A stretch of DNA of 63,915 nt, counting the filler, from Choristocarpus tenellus KU-1152 (lineage: Eukaryota > Protista > Phaeophyceae), in assembly GCA_964200185.2 (NCBI GenBank). It is 9 parts of 9 records of this genome, joined end to end, with 100 filler letters (N's around TTAATTAATTAA, not from the genome) between each part and the next. Parts side by side here need not be neighbours in the genome. Positions count along the whole stretch, not along the records: positions 23,854 to 32,917 come from CAXNAD020004030.1; positions 33,018 to 41,127 come from CAXNAD020005130.1; 7 more parts are not named here. The stretch is one strand, 5' to 3'. A program made the position numbers and the translations under genes. This document shows, piece after piece, positions 24,831-38,205 of the stretch (positions within the stretch are counted from its first letter, which is position 1; each line of letters opens with the position of its first letter). Below the pieces are notes generated by a model. The model searched no databases and was not told the origin of the DNA. It saw only the letters and a program-made list of their open reading frames with translations.

Positions 24831-27410
24831 CCCTCATGCGGCAGTCATTGATCCACTGATCATAGTTGGGGACAACTGAACACCGATCTGAGAACAATTC
24901 CGAGTTCACAGCCTCATTATAGAAGGCACTGCAGTTCACCTTGAGGTGGGGAATTTGTACATAAGCGAAGTAATGAAGAATTGAGAATCAGGGCAGGGAG
25001 AGGGGGGGATTGTGTTTCAGGTGGGAGGTTACCATGAATTGGAAATATTATGTGAAAGGAGGTTGATACATGATAGATGCACAACACCTGCCCCATGTCA
25101 CACACTGGGTATACAGAGAGGGGGGGGGGGGCGGGGGAGGGGCTGGGAAATATGCAAACTTCAATGAGAGGAGCACCTTCTAACTTCAATTTCACCGCAC
25201 TTCCACAATAAAAATAAAAACAAGGTCCAAGGGCATATAGCAGAGGGGAGGGAGGAAGGGTGGGCTTGATGGGGAGACACATCAATGAGTGGGGGGCTAG
25301 TGGAAGGGGCAGGGCTGAGGAGTCAATCATTGGCATGTATTCATAGGGTTAGGGAGAAGAAAAAGATGCTCTTAAAGTGTGTGTAGGAAAACAGTGGCAA
25401 GGAGGACAGGGGAGATGACAGAGGTCATGTGGCGCCTTCCATTGCAGTAGTCCATTGAATCTCTCCCATCACTTCCACACAGGTCCTGATGCTTGCAACA
25501 CGATGGCCTCTCGAAGATCCCTGTAAAAGTAATCTCTTGCAAAGCATCACTATGGATGCTCATCCCTCATATGAAGGGATGCATGGTAAAAAGAGCGGAG
25601 ACCCTCCTAGATACACTTTTTCACATACTTGGTAGTGGTTGTGCATCCGTTTCAAAATACCTTGGGTGGGCCCTTCTGATTTGCTTTGTACAGCAACCGG
25701 AGACACCTCACGGCTGGTAGAATTGTGTCTGTGTCACCTCCAGCATACAGTTGTATCGCTATGTACTGCTGCATGGCACCAAGATACCTTTTGTGTGTGT
25801 GTTGATGTGCAAGCATACATGTGGGGGGGGGGCATATATGTATGCCCATTTGCCACGTATATTCAGGATGCAAATAGAACAAGGGTGTGTGGGAGTCGGC
25901 AATGCATGCATTCATAGCATTTATTCACATAGCATCAACAGTAAGTCATGCAATAAATGAGTAGCAAACACACAGTGAGACTCCTGGGTATATTTCTTGG
26001 TTCACTCTGCACCCAATATAGTGCAGTAGTAGTCAGCAGAAGACCCACCTTTCAAAGCGCTCCTTGTCCAACATGGCAAAGTGCGAGACTATGCATAATT
26101 TCTCTGCCTCTTCCAGCTGCGACAATGCCTTGTATGTAAGCTTTACTAAGTTGTCCAGATCCGGATCCTGGAGACACGGGCACTCTAGTATGAATGCCAG
26201 TGTGTGCAAAATTCCCAGCCTTGTCCCCCCCAGACCCACTGACTGGTTGTTTGGTCCTGTTAGATCATAGCCAAGTGCTTCCAGGGCATTCCAAGCGGCT
26301 TCCAGGACCCCATCATGACCCAGGTTGCATAGGATACTCCACACTGCCTCTGCCGCCTCTAGGTCCATACCAAATGGCAAGCCATCAGGTGTAGGTGTTT
26401 CCATTTGCGGGTTTGCACTCACACAACCTTCCCCAGCACCACTACCTCCAACAGCTGTGTTATCTCTTGGCCCTGTCATACCCGCCTGGTTCTCCCTTTT
26501 CTCTACTGACATCTGAGTCTTGTTGTCCTCCTGTCCATGACTCTCCCCATCTCGCGGCCCCAGACGACTCACCGATTCCCCTTCTGGTCCCTGCCCTGGT
26601 AATATTCCTTTCCCTGACGGAACAATCGTTCCCTCCAAATCTAGCATGAAGCTGGTGGCGATGGACTTCACCTTCGAGAAAGTTCTACCCACAAAATAAA
26701 CGAGCACCGTATAATTGCCACCTTTGAGACACCTTTCCGCCATCTGTTCGATCCCCGTCGGAGTGATTCGTTCCAGGGAACCAATATCCACAGATCTGTC
26801 GTATTCCTCCAGGCATCTGCTTGCCCCCAGAACTGAGTTATTACTCCCGTTATCACTCTCGCAGCCAACAATATCACAGCCGCCATCAACAATATCTTTG
26901 ATTTCCTCGTCTGTACTATCGTCTTCTAGATCGGGCATCTCGTCGCTGCTACCATCCGCTGGGTCAGGCATTTCATTCGTAGTACAGTGTGTGATTGTAT
27001 CGACGCCGCTTGTTGTGTTGTCTCCCTCTCCGTGACATGATGGTGGTTCCTGTTTAGTTGCTACATCTCCCTGAGCTTGTGCATCTGAGGGGATGAAACC
27101 CACCCCATCCAAATCCATGGCTCTGGCTTCAGACATACGGGCTACCCCTTCAATTTCAGCTACTTCGCTCCTTCCACCCCGGTCTTCTTCGAGGGCTCTT
27201 GAAGTAACTTCGTTATGTGGCAAGCTTATCTCAACGAGACCCTCGAATAAGTGATCGGATAGCCTTGAGAAACCAGAGTCCATGATTCCTTTGACCACCG
27301 CGAAGAGTACTAGAGGAAGGTGATGAATCAGATATTCCAGGGCTAAGGTTGAGAATTTGTACCCATACACCCCCTCCTTGATGCAGCGCTGGGGAAAAGG
27401 TTGAAGCTCT
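24831..27410 (-). CDS. UBE3A/E6AP-like HECT E3 ubiquitin ligase, N-terminal part (HECT domain not in the contig)
   Basis: MAERCLKGGNYTVLVYFVGRTFSKVKSIATSF, MDLEAAEAVWSIL, FILECPCLQDP...KALSQL, QQYIAIQL...ILPAVRCLRLLYKAN (25660-25787) and AFYNEAVN...YDQW (24831-24938) follow the order of UBE3A pre-HECT motifs. Start codon uncertain. Confidence 0.8.
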
Positions 27411-27968
27411 TGCAACAAACTAAGGTCAAGATGCAATTAGATCAAAGGATGTAACAAGTAATACGAGATTTCATTGCAACAAACTCTCCAGTCAAACTGC
27501 GTACTGGGACAAACGTTCTGACAGTCAAAGGACCACAATTTTCTTTCTGACAGGAGATGTCCTCAGGTAAAGTGGTGGTGGTCTCTAATACAATATGGTT
27601 TAGTGGAGTAAACAGAGTAGCAGATTGGGTAGATGCTATGTGGCGGTATATGACCGCTCTGTGGCGACAAAGGTTAAACATGAATCCAGGTGGCAAGGCT
27701 TTGAGAGGGAGCCCTGCTTGACCTTACTTATCCCCCCTGGAGGAGACTGTTTGGACCTGTACCGTGTATGTATTGGGGGCTGTAGATGCCGTGGTTTTGG
27801 CAATGGGAAACTCTGGTTGACTCTAGGTTAGTGTGGGGGTCGCATTTCCCAGCTTTCTGCCCTGCACATTGCACACCACGCCGCAGCTGGACGAGGACTG
27901 TACAACGTGGTGAATCGTCTGCGATTTCAAATATTTCAGGATGGAAGAAGGTGTTGCCACGACGCTGC

Positions 27969-30527
27969 ATGGCTGCCACTCTAGAGAATGATGACCCCGG
28001 AGAGAGGAGTGCCCACTCATCTTTGACCCCTGAACAGGTTGAACTAATACAGGACCTCAAAGCGATGGGACGAAAGAGGCAATGGAGGACTGCTCTAGCA
28101 GCATTTCATCGTGCCAAAGCTAACGGAATGCCTGGAAACGACAGGGTGTACAGGTGCCACCCCCCTGCGTAAATCTCTGAAGACTCCACATCTTTACCCA
28201 CATAGGTGATCCATAGCCCACATTATTGAACCATTCTTTGATTCAATGGCCAAGCGCACCTGCACATAGGCGAAGACAGTATTATTAAACAATCTTGCTT
28301 TGCTCAAGCAGTTTATGCAAAAGTGAAGTGCTAGCCTGCTGTTATCTCACCACCAATCGGGATTTCTAACACCATTTCAATCTCACTCCTGCGTTTGATG
28401 TGTCCTCCGGGAACAATAATCGCTTCAGTTGCATCATTAGTGTAGTCGCTAAGAGTGGACGCTGGTCGGAGGCGGTGATGCTTCTAGAAAAGGCCCGAGA
28501 AGATGGTCTAACAGCAAATGAGTACTGCTTCTCCGCGGCCATCAGTGCGTGTGCAAAGGGTCGGAACTGGAAGCTGGCACTCTCACTCCTAAGGCAAATG
28601 CGTACAGAGGGGTTAAAGGCAGATGTGATCACCTACGGAAGTGCTATTAGCGCCATGGCAAAAGGTGGGCAATGGCAACGTGCCCTCGGTCTCCTCGACA
28701 GAATGCGATCAGAGGGATTGACACCCAATGGCAAATGTTATGGTGCAACTGTTGATGCCCTTGCGAAGGGGGGTGAATGCCAAAAGGCGGTGACTCTTCT
28801 AGGGGAGATGCAGACGGCAGGAGTTAAGCCAGACTTGTGGTCCTTCAATGCTGCTGTGCATGCATGCGGCCAGGCTGGGCAATGGGAGATGGCCTTAGCC
28901 CTGGCAAAGGAGAGGATGCCCCAGGCTGGCGTTCATCCTGATGAATTCACTTTTAACTCTGTGTTGCATGCCATGGCAAATGCTGGACAGTGGGAGAAAG
29001 CACTAAGCTTGCTTAGTGAGATGCCTGAGAAGGGAATTTTTCCAGATGTGGTCAGCTTCAACACAGCAATTGGAGCCTGTGGCAAGGTCTGTCACTGCTG
29101 CTGTCTTTTTTATTTTTGATTGTGTTGACATGCATGATCCGATTTCCAACTCCTCCCTGGTACTGCTCAATAAATGTGTTTGGGTTGTCTCCCTCCTCTA
29201 TCTTCCCTCACTGGCCTCCTGTCTCATCTCACCCTTTCAATTGGACCATCACCCCCCTTCCCTCCCCTCATCAAACTATCTTCCAACTACACCACTCAAG
29301 GCCTACACAAAATACTGAATAGTTGTTCTTGGTAGGCACACACTCTGACTTTCCTGTCCTGTCCCCTCGCCTCTCACCCCATTTCACCTACCATTTTCAT
29401 ATGCTGAAAATAAGCAGATGGGGGAAGCAACTCGTGCCGTTGCCCTCCTCGAGGTCATGAAGGCAGCAGGAGTTCCTCCAGACCTAGAGACCTATTCTGC
29501 TGCAGCCAGGGCTTGCTCTGTCGCTGGCCGAGGGGTAGAGGCCCTCGCGCTTCTGGGGCAAGCACGATCAAAAGGTATGAGACCATGTGCCCGAGAGGTG
29601 ACAATGGCACTTGCAACCTGTGTCCACGCCAGGGTCAGGGAGGGTGAGGAGCATGACCTGGGACTAGACGCTTGGAGACAAACCGCTTCAATAGTTGCTG
29701 CTGGGGCTGTCAGGGATGGCATTAGTACTTGGGAGCAAGCCCTGTCCCTTCTTGGGAAGACTGGACCACGAGTTCCAGGAGGTGCAGGGGGAAGAGAGGT
29801 GACTGAGAATGAGGTTGGGGGCAAGGGGGGAATCCTTTTTCCACTGAAGCGGGAGGGTGCAGGTCTTGGATCAGGGGGGAAATCCCGTGAGGTAGTGGAG
29901 GAGGTGGGTGAGGTGGTGGGGAAGGTTAAGAATCGAGGAGGCGCTAATTTGGCCTATCAGGCAGCGAATGCTGACACTGGAGTTGGGGAAGGGACAGGGG
30001 TAGGGCTGGAGGCAGAGCCTGGAACAGGAGATGAGATAGAGAGGGGGGGTAACAAGGAGGTGCTGAAAAGAGTCTCAGCTACCGCTGTGAATGGATCTAT
30101 TCGGCAATGTGACAATTCTACTATATCAAGTGTTATTGATGATGCTGATGACCAACTAGTAACATACTCTGCCCCAGCCCCAGTGGCATCGATGCCTTCC
30201 TCGCCAGAGACTATGTCTTTGTTGAGATGTGATTCTGGAGATTCTGGACTGGCCTCTGACCCAACCTCCAACCTCAGAGAAGAACAACAGGAGTGTGATC
30301 TCCCAGAGGAGGATCTTTCAGTGAAGGGGAATTTAGAGAATGACAGGGTCACTGGGAGCGGGCAGGGCCCAACTGAACCAGGAGAAGACGTTCATAGTCA
30401 TGTGGGTGTAGAGGTGGGAACAGAAGGGATGAATCTGTCAGGAACAGTGGGGGGGGTAAGGAAGCTCTCTGGGGACCCTGGAAGGAATGAACCTTGCACA
30501 AGGTTGTTGTACAGACGAAACTCTTGA
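27969..30527 (+). CDS. Pentatricopeptide repeat (PPR) protein
   Basis: Exons 27969-28153, 28429-29086 and 29418-30527, phase-compatible. About eight 35-aa repeats (e.g. VITYGSAISAMAKGGQWQRALGLLDRMRSEGLTPN), followed by a low-complexity tail. Confidence 0.93.
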
Positions 30528-30759
30528 GTTTAATAGGGAGCTCCAGGACTGCAAATCCTGGAATGAAGGGTCACAGTGTCCTGAGGTGTGCTTGATGCTC
30601 CTGCTAAGGCGACAAAATTGAGTGCTTTGGGGTGGTTGCTCTATTGGTCCCATCTGTGTATGTATGATGTTGTGTGTTGCCAGCTGGGCTCACACTTGTG
30701 TGGCTAAACTAAATCAGTCGAATGTTTTTTCGTGACATACATAATGACACAAGTCGTCA

Positions 30760-32570
30760 TCATTGATGTGGAAGACATGCTTCCTGTGTTGTGAGTCGAA
30801 TGGCTTTGTGGTAATATAATCGTATCGTCTCTAGAGCTTTGGGTGCACTCCGATTAGAACTGAAGTATCTGTGCAGCAGCGCGTGAGGCAAGACGATTAG
30901 GCCTTGCGGCTGGCGAGGGATCCTCCCGGAGCCGACTTTATCTTCAGTAATGCCATTTGCGTTCTCCTTAGCCACTATAGACACACACCGCAGCATGTAC
31001 CTGAGGTAGGTTTTTGAACCATTGTTTGTCTGAAAGGCGCAAGGAATGCTGACTCAAAGAGTCATCAAGAGGACACTTCTTCTTACTACTACTACTTCTC
31101 ATACATTGTGCCTAGAAGAACTCGCTTGCGACTACCACCGCTGCCGTATCACTGTTTTCGAGTTGTAGTCTTTTTTGTTCTTCCCTCCTTGGCAGAGATG
31201 CGTTCGCCTTGAGCCAGGTGTTGCGCTGGAAATCATGGAGCTGCGCGTCATCTGGATCCCAGTTTGTGTCATTTTTGTGTTGCAATATTCCCAACAGCTG
31301 TTGAGAACACACACACACACACAACACACACACACTCTGAGTTTGCCCGTGTATGTATGATAGTGAGAATGACCTGATCATGGAGGGCAAGTGTATTGAA
31401 AGTTTGAAGCCCTTTACGACCCTTTCTCACTACCAGTAGAGAGGGCCATCGTGATCTCCACTCTCATCTGTCGTTGCAAGCACTGTCACTCCCCCGAGCG
31501 TCTCAACCTCTGCTTGTACTTCTTGCCTGCTGCCTGCTCTTGCCGACATTGAGTTCTACCAGCACTTTTCACAAGATCACCAGTTAACTCGTCCAGTCTG
31601 GTTACCACCTGTGACAACCCCGTTACACAGTATTTCACCAGGGTCAATGCACGCTCCAGTCCTGTTGAAACATATGGTGTCAAGGTTGATATGTGACCCT
31701 GTCCAATTGCAATCTCTCTCAGCCCTTGATACATATCAATGATAATGATTTATTGCCTGATCAGGATGGTCCTGTCAAGAGTTGCTGGACTGACCCCATA
31801 TTGTTCAAAATCCATCCAGGAATAAACGCTTTTTAATAATATTTTTTTGAACTGATGGAGTTGTCACTGTATCGAGAATATCCTGTAGTTGACTAATACG
31901 GTTGGTTCCTTATCAGGTAAGGAGCGCAATAATGCGCGTTTCAAGAGTGATGCAGACCGGTCTGGTTACAGTACCATGTCACGAACCTGGTCCAGCCTTC
32001 TCGAGTACTATTAATAGCACACAGAAATAACTTTCCCAGGCTGACCCAGTGCCCAGTCTGGTTGAAATCTCCGACGGCCCTGGACCAAACCTAATATTAG
32101 ATGTATCACTTGTACTACGTAGTAACATATTTCCTTCACATCTTACCGGCGCCAGCCTGCAGCTCAGTCCTGTCACGTGTATCTGGTCCGTTGAAAGTCC
32201 CTGAGTTCCACCCCCTTGCTGGCAACAGCTGAGGTCCCCTCACACGTTACGAGCAAATCTCTTCTGGCAAGGCTTTCTCTCTACCCAAGCAGAGTGCGGG
32301 CAGGGCACTATTAACATTTCCATCCCACGTCACCTGTGCTCAACACTGCTTTCCTGTGGTGTGCACTACACCTCCACAATACCGACAACTCTCAATTCAT
32401 GATCTTTTACTTATCCCCCCGCAGCACTCAGAGTACCCAGGCTCATCCATGAACGCAGTTGGTCATACTTGCTTGTGGTATAGCGTGAGAGATGTGGAGT
32501 CGGTCCGGATGAAAACAAAATTAGGCAAGGTTGGCCCACATTCTATCGCGGGATTGGGTACGTCCTCCTC
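30760..32570 (-). pseudogene. Coding-like, stop-interrupted exon fragments of unknown identity
   Basis: Fragments such as WDPDDAQLHDFQRNTWLKANASLPRREEQKRLQLE and YMLRCVSIVAKENANG bounded by AG/GT, with internal stops. Confidence 0.25.
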
Positions 32571-33169
32571 CTCTCTAAGGTTACAAAACCAGAGACACCA
32601 ACAACACGAAACTCATCAAAAATACAATCAATATGTAACATGTCCAACGTCCAAAAGTGGAAAATAAAACAATCTATCGAACATTTCGATTATTTCTACA
32701 ATCTCAATTGTTCCATTATCGTCCAGTCGACCGCAACATCATACAGTAATACTGATCGTATCGTTTCCATTCACACCCCAATCTTTTCCTCGCCAAAAAG
32801 TCCTAACTCTCAAAGGCTCCCCTACCGCTGACGTTCTTGTCGTCGCAGTAGCCCCCCCCCCCCCCCCCCCCCCCTCTCCCCCCCCCCGCCACCCCCCCCC
32901 CCGCTACCACCGCCCGTNNNNNNNNNNNNNNNNNNNNNNNNNNNNNNNNNNNNNNNNNNNNTTAATTAATTAANNNNNNNNNNNNNNNNNNNNNNNNNNN
33001 NNNNNNNNNNNNNNNNNCTGAGGTAGCGTTTTTTGTGTTTTTAGTGGTACACCGCCACGCTGTGATGAGGCGCCGTCTATACCACTCGCCCTACATCTCT
33101 CTCTAAGCGTGCAGTCTGGTGGGCATGCACTGGGGGTGCTGAATGGTCTGCTCTGCCTTGATTGACGTC

Positions 33170-33550
33170 ATCAATCTGCAGCCCATCACATGAGGATTGC
33201 TTCCTTGAAAGGGCGAGTGCTGTTGATTTGGTTACCTGTCTGCAGAAGCACTGTTTGTGGTCTTTTGACATTGCACTGTTTGTACGATGATATTTGTTGG
33301 AGGTGTGGTATGCTCGAGTGCTCAACTCAGCATCTGATAGATACAGGCCCGGAGCTCTACAGTTGCAGTCGATGATTGACATGGTGCGGAATTTGATGGA
33401 GCGGGTTACGCATTGTGTGCGGCTCGAATAGGCGTTGGGTGTATATAATATGGTGGCTTCCATGCAAGTGGAGTTTCGCTTGGGGTGTGCAGGGGAGAAG
33501 GTCCGCACACACAAGCACCCCAAGCCCCCCAGCATCTTGTGGTTGGTGTA
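33170..33550 (+). pseudogene. Decayed ORF of unknown identity
   Basis: ~125-codon frame (ERASAVDLVTCLQKHCLWSFDIALFVR*YLLEVWYARVL...MIDMVRNLMERVTHC) with isolated stops. Confidence 0.25.
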
Positions 33551-36379
33551 TTCTTGCATCTGAAGACAATATAATAATATTTAATATATACATGTGGTAG
33601 AGATAAATAGAACTCCTTCCACCTCATAGGAAAGGTTGGAATTTCACCTGTTCGGGGAAGCGGACGGAGTGAGACAACCCAAGATCAAGAGTGAGGAATA
33701 ATCTGAACTTGCTCACTTGCGGAGGCACGCGCCCCCCAGCCTCTGCTCTACTTCAGAGTAGGAAATAACCGTGGCCAGGTAACATGTAAAATAGGATGAG
33801 CTCTATATGGGTTCACTGTGTGAATGATCACGTTGGTTGTGTTATACTTCAAAGTATTATTTCGTACCCCAACTGATGTTTTTCAGGTTGTGCCGATATG
33901 GAGTGCTGCAGCAGCAGCGCTGTATGTTGCAGACTCGTAGTGCCATTGAGACACATAAACGGGGAGGTGCACTGCACACCAGGCATAGCGTGAAAGCATT
34001 CATATGCCAGTCAGTCAGTCAAGCGCAGTAGTCCTTCCAATATTCCTTCTCCGTGACAGCATCTGCGAAAATATCAGTAAGCACGAAGTAGTGCAAAGTG
34101 GTCCTCCTCAACATAAGTGGCAGTGGTATAAACAACGTGGTCCGGCTGGATCATTTGGGGAAGTTCACATTACATCCATAGCATTTTTTGAACGAGCTCA
34201 GATAGTTAAACATTGAGATACCACCCTTCCAAATCGCTCTTTTTAGTAAGAAAGGAAGGAATCAGCTTTGCGTTACCTCCTCGTTGACTTCGCACTGTTT
34301 ACGCGCGGTACAACTAACACACAAGCGCGAGAGTAGGTCTCAGGAGCATCTGCACTCGTATCCATGCACCTGGTGACTGACAAATATTGATCAATGACCG
34401 CCAAGAAAAAATGAGGCATGCGTAGTAGATATGCTGAAAATCGTAGCAAGTTCGCCGCCATTTGCTGGTGATTCAAGTGTGTCTAGGGTAGCTGGGCGTT
34501 ATTACTAGCATGACTGTGCGTCCTTGGATCGGGAAGGGCCATATATTACAAGCAGAGGTTCCTCTGGATATAGAACACTGCCTGCTTGTTACCCAGGAAC
34601 AAGATCCTCCCGAGGGGACCATCACCAAGTGCGTCCTCGTGGAAGCACGTGGACGAGATGCACCACACTGAGCGAACAAACAACTGTTGAATAGGCAATA
34701 CCCAGTGTGTCACGGCGCCCTTGTGGAAAAATTGCGCATAGGCTTAGAGCAAAGTTGCCATCGTCGTGCTTTATCCATTTTTATCTTCCCCAACAGACAT
34801 CTGGAAGATCTCAGCGGGCAATGATCGAGGTCTACGCTCTGGCATGCAATTCATTACGTTAGTACGAAAAAACTAAGTACGGTGAGGAAAATAGATGCTC
34901 CTACTCCTACTCCTCTAGTATTGCCGTGTACATGTACATGCGAACAAATTGAATATGGGTACTCAGTATTTCCTACTATTGCTAGATACTGCAGAGTATT
35001 TACAGTTGACAAGTGCTCCAAAAAGAAATATTCCAAGCCGAAGGAGGGGCCTCAAGCAGCGCGGCCAATTTGCATTCCTACGCTCGCTCGCTGTGTGTAG
35101 CAAGAAGAGCAGAGTACCTTGTTTGCCACACCCGATATTTTGCACACGTCCAATTTGCTGCATCCTTTTGCTCGCTAGATCACAGGTGTGGGGGGCAGAG
35201 ACCAAAACGCTCACTGGAATGAGGAATGCACAGCTAGTGCGTCAACTATTGTTCTAGACAAGTATTCTGAGACAATATGCTCTGAAGCAAAGAGTGGATC
35301 ACTGCCTTGACGGGAGCCAGTCAGGGCTCGGCATGGTTAGAGGCCAAGGGTTTCAAAGTCGGCGCAAGCTAATGACATACGGCAGGCAAGGTGTGGTGGT
35401 GCTAGTGCCGACTATGTCGCTACCCGACCCAATCTGCGTAATGTTCGGAAATCATCAATAAACCATGAAGAGTCAGCTCCCAGCACCCCCATCAACCTCC
35501 ACATTTCTAAACCTGTGAATATCCAGTTAATCTCATATACCTGACCAGGGATATTCCTCAGACCTGGCCGGGTCGGGAAATGCAAAGGGACCAGTCCACG
35601 GTCGTGCCCATTCATTCAGAAACTCGTTGTACCATGCCTTTCATTATTTCATGTGTTAACCCTTCCACCAAGGAAATATACATATAAATAAGAACACTTG
35701 GAAGCGCAATATTACTCAGAAATGGCACGAAGTATCTGCTACGAACTATCGATGCAACAACAATACAACACCTGTGGAAAACGGGCAACCAACAATGCCC
35801 AGGGCCGGGTTCAGAGATTAGCACAAGGCTACCCAAACCGCAACAACCGGAGCAACCCCGTACACAGCGTATACGACTGAGAGATACCCAATAGAGTACA
35901 CCGGTAATGTATATATTTTATTGTTTTGTAACTGAATGTCTGCTAATGAGTTCGCCACGAACTCGAGAGGTCGTCAAATTATCTCTAGATAGTCGTTAAC
36001 CCACACCTTATATCGTTTGGAAGATCGTACAGTTTTTTCCCCGAGATATTCCCTCAATAGTTAAGGCCAGGAATAGGATTCCGTAGGGTATTGTATCAAC
36101 CCATATCCACTGGCCAGCCAGTCTAACTTTTTCCCTTGCCTGCCTGGATCATAGCCCCCCATCAGTCAATTATTTTCTGGCATGTCCGGACCATGTCCAG
36201 TACGTGCTATAGAAGTGTGAACATGAGACATTCACACACACACCATCACAATTCTCCTCCGACACCCAACAATATATTTGTATAAAAATTACAACTGCAA
36301 TATTCTAAATATAACAATATCAAATTATATAGAAATACCACTACATAGTATATTTAGTACTAATCTGAATCGTGTGATG

Positions 36380-36695
36380 CTGTGGCGGCGTGGTTCACTC
36401 AGGGGAGGGTGGTGAAGACAATCACTAGGCGAGACCGACCAGACAGACCAAGACGAACAGCAACCGACAGGACGAAGTTAAGGTTGGACAAGTGCAAGAC
36501 TGCAAGGACTTGCAGGAAATTGTGGAGGGGTGAGAATTTTATGAGAGGGGCATCACCACAAACGTCAAGACGTAGCAACAAAGAGAATCTTTGATGTGTG
36601 GCATCTCTGTTTGAAGAGATGTCCAGTACTTGTGGGATTGATCTCTCGAAAACTCCAAATCTCAATTATTATTATTATTATTTTATTATAATTAT
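36380..36695 (+). mobile_element. 5'-truncated LINE-like (RTE/CR1-type) 3' end
   Basis: RRDRPDRPRRTATD...CRKLWR resembles the R-x-GRP-x-x-W-x-D...R-x-x-W end of ORF2, followed by a short UTR and an (ATT)n tail at 36665-36693. Confidence 0.45.
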
Positions 36696-37241
36696 GCCAT
36701 CTCACATTGTACAGATGTGTCAGGGGCAAAACCAATGAAAACTACCCTTAGTAAGACACGCAATAGGGGGGAGAGGGACGGGAGGCTACAGGAGGAAAGG
36801 GCCGGCCAAATCCTGCCTACGACAAATAGTCTCTGTTACAACGCAGGTGGCCCTGTCTAGATGTGCGTCATGCATTTTAAGCTGGAGACACCAAGGAGAT
36901 GGGCAAGGAGGGGCTTGTTAGATTCTTGGGATGCTTCCCTACCTACTCACCCTGGGGTGCAGGACTAAGCTTGGTCGGAGGCACAGGAAGGTGATGGTAC
37001 ATCGTAGCTGGTAATAAAATAGTAAATAGATGAATGTTTTTCACATTTATGACAACTGTTACTTTTTTAGGGATTTTTCTGGCATGTGAATAGTTTGCAT
37101 TGGTCTTTCCCCCAACACATCTGCAAAGTGTCGGAGGGCGTAATAATAAAATAATTATTAAGACCCTCCACTGGAATTGGAATCGGGGATTCCTGACAAG
37201 GAAACCTCAATCCATATAACGGTATATGTCATATGGCAATA

Positions 37242-37417
37242 GGCTCAACATATCTGGGGTAGGGTGGCGGCTGTCCATTTGGGGTCACATTTTGTATGTC
37301 GTGATTTTTGTGTGATTTGGTTGCGTATGTCAGATAATGTAAGTACATTTTTCCTGGTTATCGTCCAAATGGACACCCTGGTGTAGATCCCCCATCCTCC
37401 CTCAGATACTCTGGGTC
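37242..37417. mobile_element. Sola2-like MITE family B
   Basis: GGCTCAACATATCTGGGG...CTCAGATACTCTGGGTC, flanks AATA/AATG; reverse-complement homolog of 9050-9229. Confidence 0.85.
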
Positions 37418-38205
37418 AATGACGCCCTAACAACAGAAAACCTGCTTTCCATACTTTCAGTAGAAATTTGAAACAGGATAAAATAAAACTGAAGAATAAT
37501 GTCAAAACCTATCACTGGAGGCATGGCCACGACCTTGTCGTCTGAGTGTAAAAAAAATTACCTGAATGGCCATAGATAAAGTGTTAAAACATGACCAAGT
37601 CCTTGGCCATCGCCTACTCAACATGAATGGGGCCACTGCCTGGCCATGTATGACTAAGTTCGATAATGCTCGAGTCCGTGATCATCACTGACTCATCATT
37701 ACCAGGGCCACCACCTGCCATGTATAACCAAGTTCGAACATGGCCGAGTCCATGGCCATTGATTGTTTCAACATGGCTGGGCAACAGGCTGTCCCATGCC
37801 CATATGGCCGACAGTGGACATGCTAACTGCCCGGCCCCATGAAAACACCTTGACTTTTCCAGGTTGGGAATTTTCACTCTCGTCTTCAAACGTCGATATT
37901 GGGTATGACATTTCATTTATAATACACGCTGCCTAAGAGACCAACCTGTAAGCAGTGAACACTAGAATCTTTGCATTTTCTCAGCGGCAACAAACATTTT
38001 TCTGGACTGCCCTACACCAGCATTCCTGCACCTTCTCTCCTTACGTCCACAGTCAACATCATTGAGCCCTCAATATCAGCCTAGCAGCCCTTGGTACCCA
38101 AACATGACTTCACTTATCCATACATTTTTGCATCTACTAGGGTCCCCAAGTTAGTATAATGAACGGATTTTGCTACATGTCTATGCCAAAGAATCGCAAT
38201 GACAG

